DNA from: Candidatus Thorarchaeota archaeon SMTZ1-45
GTDB lineage: Archaea > Asgardarchaeota > Thorarchaeia > Thorarchaeales > Thorarchaeaceae
Reading direction: 5' to 3'
DNA length: 64,000 nucleotides
Assembly (NCBI GenBank): GCA_001563335.1
Contig: LRSL01000109.1
Location: forward strand, 1-64,000
A program made the position numbers and the translations under genes. The notes below the pieces were generated by a model that did not search any database, had not been told where the DNA came from, and saw only the letters and a list, made by a program, of their open reading frames with translations. Of this stretch, positions 41,462-51,800 are shown in pieces (within the stretch, counting starts at the first letter, position 1; each line of letters opens with the position of its first letter).

Positions 41462-43002
41462 CTCTCATAGAGAGGACCTGTGACTGACTCAACCGAAGCT
41501 ATAATATCACCAGACTTCATGAGTTCACGGATTTTCTTTATGTCTGGAGAAAGTGGTCGATCATTCTCCAGTTTGGAAACCCCGCTTCTTATGGTCTTGT
41601 GAGCCTCCTGCAGGGGATCTGACGGTTTCAGGGGAGCAAGATAATCAATGCCTTGAGCAGCACACATGTACTCAATCGCAACAACATTTTGTGAGTTCTC
41701 AAGAATATTTGCCGCCTTTCGTGCAGCTATTGTGCCCATACTAACATGATCTTCTTGGTCTGCACTTGTAGGAATTGAGTCGACACTCGCTGGATGCGCT
41801 AACACTTTATTCTCTGAAACGAGCCCTGCGGCAGTATACTGTGCAATCATCATCCCTGACTCAAGTCCCCCCTCAGTTGTTAGAAATGCTGGTAATTCGC
41901 TCAAATTTGGATTGACCAATCGATTGATTCGTCTCTCAGAGATATTTGCAATCTCAGATAATGCAATTCCAAGAAAATCCATTGCGAGCGCAACAGGTTG
42001 TCCGTGGAAATTACCTCCAGATATCACAATTCCGTCATCACCAAAAACCAGTGGATTATCAGTAGCGGAGTTGATTTCTGTTTCGAGAACACTATAGACA
42101 TATCGGATTGTATCCAATGATGCTCCCAATACCTGAGGAATACATCTTAGTGAGTAGGCATCTTGTACTTTCCCACAGTCAGCATGAGACTGGTTGATTT
42201 CACTATCTAGCAGGATCTTTCTTTGAGCTGAAGCTACATCTATTTGTCCTTCATGCGGGCGAAGAGAGTGAATCCTTTCGTCTGATGCCATCCTTGTTCC
42301 ACGTAATGCTTCAAGACTCATTGAGGAAGCAATGGTTGTATCGTAGATTAATCGAAGTGCATCATAGACTGTGATAACACCAACTGCAGTCATTGGTTGA
42401 GTTCCATTGATCAATGCGACTCCCTCCTTAGCTTGTAGCACAATTGGTTTGATTCCAGCCTTACGTAAGGCTTCTCCACCACTAACTAATTTGTCCGATT
42501 TGAAAGCTTCACCCTCACCAATGAGAACCAACGCTATATGAGCTAGAGGAGCCAAATCGCCACTAGATCCTACTGATCCCTGCTGTGGAACAACAGGAAG
42601 TACATCCTTGTTCAACATCTCAATCAGGGTTTCAATGACTTCTAGACGAACTCCAGAGTAGCCTTTCGCAAGTGCATTGACTCTGAGTAACATCATTCCC
42701 CGTACAATTTCTTTTGAGAATGGAGGACCCACTCCTGCACTATGGCTACGGATTAAGTTAACCTGAAGACGAGCTAAATCATCCTTGTTAATGGATACAT
42801 CTGCGAGATCTCCAAAACCAGTGTTTACTCCATATACAACAGCTCCCTCTTTGATTGCTTTTTCCACAACATCTCGACTACTTCTAATTCGCGGGATTGT
42901 TGATTCATGTAGGATTACTGGCTCTTTGTGCCGTGCCACTTGTACGACATCTTCTATAGTGAGACTCTCACCATCAACCATCACAGGCATTGTGTCCACC
43001 AA
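41458..43002 (-). CDS. hutH: Histidine ammonia-lyase
   Basis: VYGVNTGFG, GSSGDLAPL (MIO site), QDAYSLRC, GGNFHG and QEDHVSMG. Confidence 0.95.
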   Translation of the reverse strand: MVDTMPVMVDGESLTIEDVVQVARHKEPVILHESTIPRIRSSRDVVEKAIKEGAVVYGVNTGFGDLADVSINKDDLARLQVNLIRSHSAGVGPPFSKEIVRGMMLLRVNALAKGYSGVRLEVIETLIEMLNKDVLPVVPQQGSVGSSGDLAPLAHIALVLIGEGEAFKSDKLVSGGEALRKAGIKPIVLQAKEGVALINGTQPMTAVGVITVYDALRLIYDTTIASSMSLEALRGTRMASDERIHSLRPHEGQIDVASAQRKILLDSEINQSHADCGKVQDAYSLRCIPQVLGASLDTIRYVYSVLETEINSATDNPLVFGDDGIVISGGNFHGQPVALAMDFLGIALSEIANISERRINRLVNPNLSELPAFLTTEGGLESGMMIAQYTAAGLVSENKVLAHPASVDSIPTSADQEDHVSMGTIAARKAANILENSQNVVAIEYMCAAQGIDYLAPLKPSDPLQEAHKTIRSGVSKLENDRPLSPDIKKIRELMKSGDIIASVESVTGPLYES

Positions 43003-43103
43003 AGCCTTGGAAACACAGCAACAAGTGTGAACTAGTTACTGTCTGATGAGGTTCGTAGAAGCTCTCTTTAGTAGTTATCGTTAAATTTGAAAAATCCAAA
43101 AAG

Positions 43104-45153
43104 TCATGTCTCACCAAGAGTTTTTTGGACTAACTCTTCTATCAGCCCCTCCTTTGGAATAAATGGAAGAGAAATATGACCTTTGTTTCCTAATCTCTTA
43201 TTCCATTCAATCGTTGTTTCAATAGCATGATTATTTCTTGCCCAAGCACGACGTGCAACACCACCCATTACATCCCAATCGAGAGCTAAACGAATAATAG
43301 TATCAACACGTTCAGTGCCATCTAGAACCAGACCAAATCCACTATTGATTGCTTTTCCAGTACCCACACCACCACCGTTTGACAAAACACAGAGTGTCAT
43401 TCCACGAGCTACATTACCAGCCCAACATTGGTGCGCCATGTCACTCATAACATTGCTACCATCACGAATGTTTGCTGTTTCTCTGAATGGCGAGTCTGTC
43501 CCACCAGTATCATGGTGGTCACGTCCCAACATGATAGGGCCAACCCTTTTTTCACGAACCATCTTGTTGAAAGCTAGAGCAATGTCAACTCGACCAAGAG
43601 CATCTGCATACAAAATTCGTGCTTGAGATCCAACGACAAGTGCATTCTTCTCAGCATCTCGAATCCAAATGTAATTATCTCGGTCTTGCCCACGACGCTC
43701 AGGACTGATGCGTGACATTGCCATCTTGTCTGTTGCTGCAAGGTCTTCATGGCTTCCGCTTAGACAGACCCATCGGAACGGACCATAACCATAGTCAAAG
43801 CAGATTGGTCCCATGATGTCTTCAACATATGAAGGGAAGATGAAACCATCTGACTCGTTTTCACCATTCTTTGCAATTCTCCTGACACCAGCATCAAAAA
43901 CAGCCTTCATGAAGCTGTTACCATAGTCCCAGAAGTGGGACCCCCGTTTTGTCATAATCTCAATAAGTTCAAACTGTTTGCGGAGGGATTTGTCAACCAT
44001 CTCGTTGAACTTTTTTCGGTCTGACCGGAGGAGCTCACGTCCCTCTTCAAAGGTAACTCCCTGAGGTGTATATCCACCACCATATACGTCATGACATGAG
44101 GTCTGATCTGATGCAAGCTCAATCTTAATGTCATTTTGAACAACATAGTCCCAAAGATCAACAACATTCCCATAGTAACCTATTGAAACAGATTTACCAT
44201 TGGAACGATGATCTTCAACCCAATGGAAAATCTCATCAAGATTCGAAGAGTATCTGCTTAGCCAACCTTGTTCACTACGTGTTTCAATACGGCTTTTATC
44301 AACCTCAGCAATAATTCCAATTCCACCAGCAATCTCGATTGCCTTAGCCTGAGCGCCACTCATTCCGCCAAGTCCTGATGTCAAGAAGACTTTCCCACTT
44401 AGGTCACCATCATCAGGGATTCCTAGGTATAATCGTCCAGCATTCAAGAGTGTGATGTAGGTCCCATGGACAATCCCTTGAGGTCCTATATACATCCAAC
44501 CACCAGCTGTCATCTGACCATAGTTTGCAACACCCATGGCTGCAGCTTGATGAAATCCATCAAGCGTGTCAAACATTCCTACCATGAGACCATTGGTAGT
44601 GATTGCTCGAGGCGCATTCTTGTGGGAAGGGAACAGACCAATAGGATGTCCTGAATTGACGACAAGTGTTTGCTCATCTGTCATTACTTCAAGATACTTC
44701 TTGATTAATTGATACTGCATCCAGTTCTGGCACACCTGACCACTCTCTCCGGTAAGTTTAGGAAATCTAACAATTTACTCCGTAAGTGACCAGTTCATAT
44801 GGATACAAGGCTACATCAAAGTCCAGATTGTTGTCAATCATCAATTGTATTGCTCTTGCTTCAAGAATACCTTTGTACTCAGTGATTGGCTTGGCTTTTA
44901 TCTCACCAGGGGGTCTGTATCTGTATCCATAAATTCTTCCTCTGGATAACAGCTCAGCCAAAAATTCTGGAGCTAGGTGATTGTGCAGTTCTGAGGGCAC
45001 ATATCGAAGAGCGTTTTTGATTGAAATGATTGTGTCATGTTTATTGAGGTTATATCCTCTATCTGGAGCTCGTCTAATTCTAGGATCAAAAACTGGTTCT
45101 GGAGGAAGCTCTCCAGACAGTTTAATATGCATTGCTTTTGAAGGATCAGTCAT
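43104..45153 (-). CDS. hutU: Urocanate hydratase, long type, interrupted; exons 45153-44778 and 44746-43104 join to 672 aa
   Basis: The 128-aa ORF ends LYPYELVTYG and the next frame resumes ESGQVCQNWMQY; YGQMTAGGWMYIGPQGIVHGT, SGLGGMSGAQ, DQTSCH and GRDHHD motifs are intact. Confidence 0.9.
44747..44777 (-). other. 31-nt insert in hutU, candidate BHB-type intron
   Basis: TAAATTGTTAGATTTCCTAAACTTACCGGAG; removal restores TAC GGA GAG AGT; the flanking exons pair over 10 bp (three G-U pairs). Confidence 0.6.
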
Positions 45154-45214
45154 ACAATAACCACATCCTATTAAGTTTCAATAACATCAGGTTAGTCACG
45201 TCTTATACAGGTTT

Positions 45215-48200
45215 TCATGAATTTGTTTTGTATTTCCTTGCAATCCTACCAATTGTCGCAATACTCCTTGAGATTTTGTGTTCTCTCCAGAGTTGTAGAC
45301 TAATTTCCCCGTATGTCAATCCTTTCTGTCTAAGCCTCGATATTTCTGAGATTTCAAAGGAGGTTACTCGTTTCCTCTTTGGTCTTGCGTCAATCATTTC
45401 ACATAGTTCAGATAGATTTTCAAGACGACTAGTAGCATTCTTGAAAAGAGGAAGATTATGTAAATTGCGAATAGATGCATGATGTACTATTTCAATCCCT
45501 TTTTTCTGTAACAGTGATTCGATATTGAAAGATTCCAGGATTTTTTTGATATGCCGCTTATTAGCTAAAGATCCAATTCCAACACGTTGACTAATTAATG
45601 AAGCATAACCATCACCATCTGCTATCCCTTGAAGAAATGGAATCTGAAAGTCCTGGGGGATTCTATGAATCCAATCAGCTTTTAGAGTGCTGTAGGTTTT
45701 TTTATCATTCGGACCTAGATTGAATATCACCTCTCTCATCCAAACAAAAAAAGGGCTGTCAATGCAAAGTTCACAAATTGAATCAAGTTCTCTTTCCAAA
45801 TACGAAATTCTTGAAGGACTCAGCATTGAGAATGAATTAGAAACATCTTCAAGGATTTTTTTCGACCATTCATATTTCTGACTGAGTAAAATCCTTAATG
45901 AATAAGAAGTCTTACTTGTAGGTTGGATGTACCCATCAGCAAGAATCATACCAAGAATATACATGAATTCTTGAAAAGGTAGTTTCAATTGCTTACAAAC
46001 TTCCAGTATTGATGAAAAATCAATATTCTTGATTGGAACTTCGATATAATCATAGTATACATTTTCTTCTACACGCAGTGGTAGCCATTTCCAGCCATTG
46101 CGAGGAGGATTTGTTGGAATCTCCTTAAGTATCTGCAAACCTCGGGGTAGGATTCCTTTAGTCCACGATAATATGGCGGTTTCGTGGACTTCAAGTAAAC
46201 TTGCTATGATATTTAATGGGTATCCTGTTTCAAACAAGTCTAAGAATCTGAAGTAGGCTTTTGTGTACTTGGTCATATCCTCAATGTTTTTCCATTGGTT
46301 CAGATATGGTTCAATATAGAGGTTCCTTCTTAAAGTGGAGAGATGATCAAATGAGTTTGCAAACAAAGAAGTTCTAAGCTTGTTTGCCTTGATTTTGTTT
46401 TTGATTGCTTGTTCAATATAGACTAGCAGTTGAGGTCTATTTGCTTCAAGTGTCCATCGCCTTGCCTTGGTTGGAGCTATTCCGATTCTGTCAGAGATTG
46501 TTAGAAGTTCGCTGTTCCTGATATTTTGTCTGCCCTTGAAATTTTCTTTCAATGTGAAGTATAGAATAGCATCAGATTTAAGCGACTTAAAATTGCTCAA
46601 AGTTGTTAAACCTGGATACTCTTTGAGCTTGACATTCAGTTGCTGCTGTGATATGACTCCGATATTTTCTAGAGATTCATAGAGTCTTATCGGTGAATGT
46701 TCTGTCTGGATTTTACTCCTTATTGAGTGAGGATTGACAACAATTCGAATGGGCCAAGGAGTAACACCGTCAATAATAGCTTTTGTTCTAGTAGAGCCTA
46801 ATTTCAACTTGCGATCGACATCACATTGTAACATCCCCTTTTCTAATAACTCTAGTATCTGATAGTATAATTCTAGATGTTTCCATTGTTTATCAGCTGT
46901 TGGCCAAGAATCGATTGACTCATCCATTTCTAAGTCTACTAGTTTTTGTTTGATAGTATCAGCATCTTGGAATTTGCCAAGCCGCTTGCGTATGGATTTC
47001 ACTCGAATTTGATTTTGGAGAACATTATTAATCATTCTAAATATAGTAGGATGAGAGTGTAGTTTTTGTGGATTCGATTTCTTAAAATATTTCTTAGCTT
47101 GAGTCATCCATTTAGTATAGGATTTATTCTCTTTTAGTCCTGGAAATTTCTGCTCAACAATTACTTCAAGTTTCCTCAAAGAATCAATTTGTTCATCCCC
47201 GATTTTGGGATAGTTACATGTTTGTACGGGTCCACCTTGAGAGTCAACGAGTTTACGCTTGGACTTCGTTTTTTTGGATTTAGCGTTCAATCTCTCCATG
47301 AGAAACCTTTCAAAAGAACGGCGTATGGATTCACCTACAACCTTTGTCCACTCTCGTTCCACCTCGAGTGCCCACAGTTCTCTAACAAGCTTTGGTGCTG
47401 GACCTTTCTTCATCCCCCTCACAAAAGAACGGGCATCCTTCAGTTTCTGCTTGTAGTCAGAGCTGAGCTTGACAGAGGGATGACGTGCAATGAGTTCCTC
47501 TAGGTCCTCCTCTGATTTTAATCTTGACCTGATAATCTCCTTGAGACGCTCACGCTCCTCCTCTGAGAGTTCACTGAAGAGCTCACGGAATCTTCTCCGG
47601 ATATCCTCCTCTTCAGAGGTCTCCTCATCCTCCCCAAAGAATGACCGGGGCTTGAGGGTCCTGTCGACCACACGTTCTCCTGTCAGAGCCTCAACAATGA
47701 CTCTCTCCTCAGACTCAGATTCCGACTCCTCAAGGCGTTCCACTAACTCTTCTACTCGACTGATGAACTCCTCTGGAATGTCGTCATCAAGTTCACTCTC
47801 AAAGGCCTCTTGTTCGTGAGAGGACTCTTCCTGTTCAATGAATTCAGAGAGCTCAAGCTCAGACATATCAGAATCAATCTCAGGTTCAATGACCTCGTTC
47901 GAGTCTTCAGAGGACTTCTCCACCTCTTGGGCGGCTTTAGCTCCAAGGTCCACGTCGAATTCTTCAACAGAGTCTACATCATCCTCAATTCTGGATTCCT
48001 TGGTGTCTTCATGCCTGAGTTCAGACTGGTCATCATGCTGAGGTTCTATCTTGGAGGACTCAGGCTCAGGTAACTCTGGAGTTTCGTTAGACTCGATTTG
48101 CTGGACTCCTTGGTTCTCTATCTCTTCTACCGGGTTAGAGGACGAGGTTTCCCCGTGCTCGATCTCTGGTGCTTCCTGTCTTGAGATCTTGTTCCTGAAG

Positions 48201-48811
48201 CCATCATCAAGTGATTCCACCTCATCATCAGCTGGCTCATGAGTTTCTGTGTTTTCAAGTTCTTCTTTCTCACACTCAACCTCGGACTGTGTTTCCCCCT
48301 CAGACTCGCTCCTAGTTTCCATTGCATAGACCATTCCAGTGCCTACATCCTCGTAAGACTCACTGGCTTCTGTTGCCTCCGAGGTTACTCCGTCATCACT
48401 TCCTTCTTCCACTTCACTGTCCTTTCTCGAAACCCCCTCCAGCTGATGGCTCAAATCATTGACATATTCGTCATGGAGTTCATCTCGTACTTCGTCAAGG
48501 TCATTCTCCAGATCATCCTCGAAGGACTCCTTAGCCTCCATATCTTTCTCCCGTTGAAGGTCATCGAATTCCTTCGCAGCTACCTCAGCAAGGTCTTCTA
48601 TCTCCTTGATCTTCGATCTGAGCTCATCAAACTCCTTAGCAGCCTCATTGGCTATCCACTCAATCTCCTCCTGACGATCAAAGTCCTCCGCTTCCTCCGT
48701 TGCATCCTTCTCTACCTCATCATGAACCTCTCTACTCTCTGGTTCGTCGGGAGTTTCCTCGCACTCTATCTCTGAATACCAGTCTGCACCGTCTGTTCGT
48801 TCATGCGGCAA
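45215..48811 (-). CDS. Large protein: acidic low-complexity N-terminus, helical/HTH repeats, double LAGLIDADG domain, C-terminal HTH
   Basis: YILGMILADG and FLQGIADGDG motifs; LRQKGLTYGEIS HTH; E/D/S-rich first ~450 aa. Start probably TTG 48811. Confidence 0.8.
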   Translation of the reverse strand: MPHERTDGADWYSEIECEETPDEPESREVHDEVEKDATEEAEDFDRQEEIEWIANEAAKEFDELRSKIKEIEDLAEVAAKEFDDLQREKDMEAKESFEDDLENDLDEVRDELHDEYVNDLSHQLEGVSRKDSEVEEGSDDGVTSEATEASESYEDVGTGMVYAMETRSESEGETQSEVECEKEELENTETHEPADDEVESLDDGFRNKISRQEAPEIEHGETSSSNPVEEIENQGVQQIESNETPELPEPESSKIEPQHDDQSELRHEDTKESRIEDDVDSVEEFDVDLGAKAAQEVEKSSEDSNEVIEPEIDSDMSELELSEFIEQEESSHEQEAFESELDDDIPEEFISRVEELVERLEESESESEERVIVEALTGERVVDRTLKPRSFFGEDEETSEEEDIRRRFRELFSELSEEERERLKEIIRSRLKSEEDLEELIARHPSVKLSSDYKQKLKDARSFVRGMKKGPAPKLVRELWALEVEREWTKVVGESIRRSFERFLMERLNAKSKKTKSKRKLVDSQGGPVQTCNYPKIGDEQIDSLRKLEVIVEQKFPGLKENKSYTKWMTQAKKYFKKSNPQKLHSHPTIFRMINNVLQNQIRVKSIRKRLGKFQDADTIKQKLVDLEMDESIDSWPTADKQWKHLELYYQILELLEKGMLQCDVDRKLKLGSTRTKAIIDGVTPWPIRIVVNPHSIRSKIQTEHSPIRLYESLENIGVISQQQLNVKLKEYPGLTTLSNFKSLKSDAILYFTLKENFKGRQNIRNSELLTISDRIGIAPTKARRWTLEANRPQLLVYIEQAIKNKIKANKLRTSLFANSFDHLSTLRRNLYIEPYLNQWKNIEDMTKYTKAYFRFLDLFETGYPLNIIASLLEVHETAILSWTKGILPRGLQILKEIPTNPPRNGWKWLPLRVEENVYYDYIEVPIKNIDFSSILEVCKQLKLPFQEFMYILGMILADGYIQPTSKTSYSLRILLSQKYEWSKKILEDVSNSFSMLSPSRISYLERELDSICELCIDSPFFVWMREVIFNLGPNDKKTYSTLKADWIHRIPQDFQIPFLQGIADGDGYASLISQRVGIGSLANKRHIKKILESFNIESLLQKKGIEIVHHASIRNLHNLPLFKNATSRLENLSELCEMIDARPKRKRVTSFEISEISRLRQKGLTYGEISLQLWREHKISRSIATIGRIARKYKTNS

Positions 48812-51800
48812 CTTCAGACCCCGAGTTGTTGATTTCCGATTGGACCATATCATGCACAGCGGCCCAAAGTGCATCATTGACTGGAGAGTCCAGAGTTGCC
48901 CTTGCCTCATTCAGTAACAAAATCACTACTTCGGTGATGTCGAAACCATCTCCAGCAATCATTCTGGAGAATGTCGTCAATAGAAGTACGAGTGGCTCAT
49001 AGTTGCCATCCGCAGCCATCTGAGCTAGTGGTTGGTATCTGCTGACAAACTGGTTAGTACACACAATGGATCTCACCTTCTCTTCGAGCTCTCCATCAGG
49101 CTCTACTCCATGATTGTCTGATTGATCTGTACTCTGTAGCTTCTTAATCTCGTCAAGTGCCATTCTCACCGCGGACATCACATCAGATGCTGTTACCTTA
49201 GCATCATGCTTGAATGAGCTGACCCTCCACTCAAGTTCCGAATTGAGCCGTGAGTGATAACGCTCAAGATGGTTGCTTGGCAATTCGCTGAGTGACAGGA
49301 GCAGTTTCAACTCCTCCACTATTTTTCCAAGAAATGACGGATTGAACTCTTTCATCTTTGAGATACACCAGATCAGATGATGAGCATCGAATGATACATG
49401 TGTATCATCTGGTCCTGCGAGCCTCGCAATATTACGAGTGATTAGAGCCCCAAGCCTTGATTTTTTGGTTTCAATGAGAGTCTTCAAGACCTTCTTGAAG
49501 AATGCACTATCCAACATTGTATAGAGTCTGAGTGCTCTAGGAATGTCTATCTTAATGGTTGCTAACCTAAGAGATAGTTCTCCTGATTTCAATGATTTAA
49601 GAGCGTGTGCAGACTTGGTCTGAAAATGAGGGTTCTGTGTGAAGAAAGGGCTCATGTGCTGAATAATCTCCTCATCAGTCACTGGTTTCCCAAGAGCAAG
49701 TTCTGGATGCAACACTACAATGTCATTGACCCGCACCCGCACTGGTCTGCTGATACTGGCAGTTCGAATCACAGCCTCACCGACTGGTAAGGATCCCATC
49801 ATCCGAATCTGGTCCTCGGTACAGTTCATCTGATCGCCGATGAGTTTTCGATCTGATCCCGTACCTCTACCGTGCATGATTATGTTCAGGGCTATTGTGT
49901 ATGCACTGCTTGTGAGTTCTGAGAACCCCGGTGCGATTAGAGTGAAGCCCACTCCTGCACTCCTCGACTCTTTCATAGTGGTGGTGATTGTTTCCACAGC
50001 TGCCTGTTTTGCACCATGCTCCTCATCCACCTTGACCCCAGTTTCAACTTTGAGAATCCTGTGAGACTCCTCAATGACCACGTTATACTTCAGCCCTTTC
50101 TTGTACACCTTCTCAGTCTTCTTCTTTGCCTCAAAGTAGCGAGCCACTCTGGATACGAACCAGAAGACAAAGAACGACTGCTCATCCTTGGATAGTGCAT
50201 ATAGTAGTATAAGACTAGGTTTCTTAGTCAGTTCTTTCATGGTGATACCAGAGGTCGTTCCAAAGACACTGTTGAGTGCACTACTACATAACTTGTTGAA
50301 CCTGATATAGAGTGCTCCCCACACATCCTCGTTTCCTCGTGTACTGTACTGGACCTCCTCCTTGATGAGCGGCAAGGTTTCAAGAAAGTCTGAGAGAACA
50401 ATAGCCAACCCAGGAGTGTTGGTTTCGCGGTCCCAGCCCAATCTCTCGAAGGTCAGTTCGATGACCAGCTCCATATACTCCTTGATGATTCCATGCGCAG
50501 GCATCGCAGCAATGATGATAGCCTTCATGTCATTGATAACTGAGTTGACATGCATGCCCTCACAAAACTCACTGAGAGAGAACCTTACAGGAGTGACAGT
50601 TTCATCACCTGGGGTGAGGACAAGAATGTCCTTCACCTTCCGGAGAAACCGAAGATGGTCCTCATTCTTTGAGAGTAACAGCTTGGTGAAGTTGATCCCC
50701 AGCCGATATAATTCTAGGGTGATGTTCGACTCAGTCACAGTTTTTCCGTTCCCAATGTCGCCGCCAATCACGCTGTGTGATGTCAGATCATTGGTTGGAA
50801 TCACGAAATCATCAGCGGGAGTTCCTGAGTCATCCAAGACCTTCCCAAGTCGGATACCATTAGTCTTGTTTCGTTCCTTCTGATCGCCCCTTCGGGTTGT
50901 GGGATTTGTACGAAATGAAGCATGGTCTGCAACTGAGATACCGAGATCGTTTCGTGCTAAGGAGAAGTAGACACTTGCCTCCTCAAGTGACAGAAGCGTT
51001 GTCCTACCAACTATCTCACCCTCAATCAGTCTGTTGGCTTCTTGAGGACTCTTCTGGGTTTCAATAGAGAGATGGTTCTGGGGATCAGCTGGGATGAGAG
51101 TGCCCCTTAATACTCCCGCTAGCTTCCTTGAGTATTTCTCAGCAATCGCTGCGTCTCGGTCCCAGCAGGTCGCGGAAACCTCAACCTCACACAGATGACT
51201 GTTGCTCAGTCTATCAATCTGTATCTGTAGAGACTCAGCCTTTTTGACAGCCTCCATGTCTGTCCTTGTCTTGGACTCCTGAACCTCACCAGAAAGCAGT
51301 ATTGACCTTGGCTTCGATATGGTCAGCTGTGCCCGTTCACTCTCAGTCTTGTACTGTTTCCCCAGTGACTGGACTGCCCGATTACTAGAGCGTTTTGGAA
51401 TGGCCCAGAACTGCACAATTCCGTTCTGTAGGCCAAGAAGAACCTCCATCATGACAGTGATTGCATCAATCCTCTGTCGTGGGTCGTCCACTGTAAGTGG
51501 TTCACCCAAGAGATATGTCGTCACAGACGTAGCAAATGGACTAATAGTTGGTGCATAAAACCTCGCGTGTACCTTTCGTTTGAAGCCCGAGAGGTTTCCT
51601 TTTACAGTGTCAGCGAGTGTTTCGAGACTCTCCGACAGTTCAGCATCTTTCCTTGCCCAGGTCAGATACAACACACGCATCTTGTTCCTCACACGTTCGT
51701 ACCGGAGCCCCACTGGAAAGTTAGATAGGACCATGACGCGTAGGATGTTGAAGAGAGGTTGATACTTGGACTGATCGGGGTCCTTGTTCAGCAGATGTTC

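Noticed and set aside
44745-44778. Alternative BHB register (central helix UACG/CGGA) or a spliceosomal GT-AG intron
   Set aside because: That register removes 33 nt and leaves the gene out of frame. No 31-nt placement has both a GT start and an AG end.
44750-44780. Pyrrolysine/selenocysteine read-through of the hutU TAG
   Set aside because: A second in-frame stop (TAA) follows and the downstream half is in another frame, so read-through cannot restore the protein.
44745-44780. Simple +1 frameshift, or two independent hutU subunits
   Set aside because: A frameshift would add ~10 residues inside the conserved TYG-E motif. A restart at GTG 44735 would drop the conserved ESGQ, which is still encoded just upstream. 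Less parsimonious, but not formally excluded.
45215-46000. LAGLIDADG domain as part of an intein
   Set aside because: No N-terminal C/S splice block or C-terminal HN motif is evident, and the domain runs into a terminal HTH.
47189-48775. Several long plus-strand ORFs opposite the acidic protein
   Set aside because: Ser/Phe/Leu-rich antisense shadows of Glu/Asp codons. The same applies to most short overlapping ORFs in the track.
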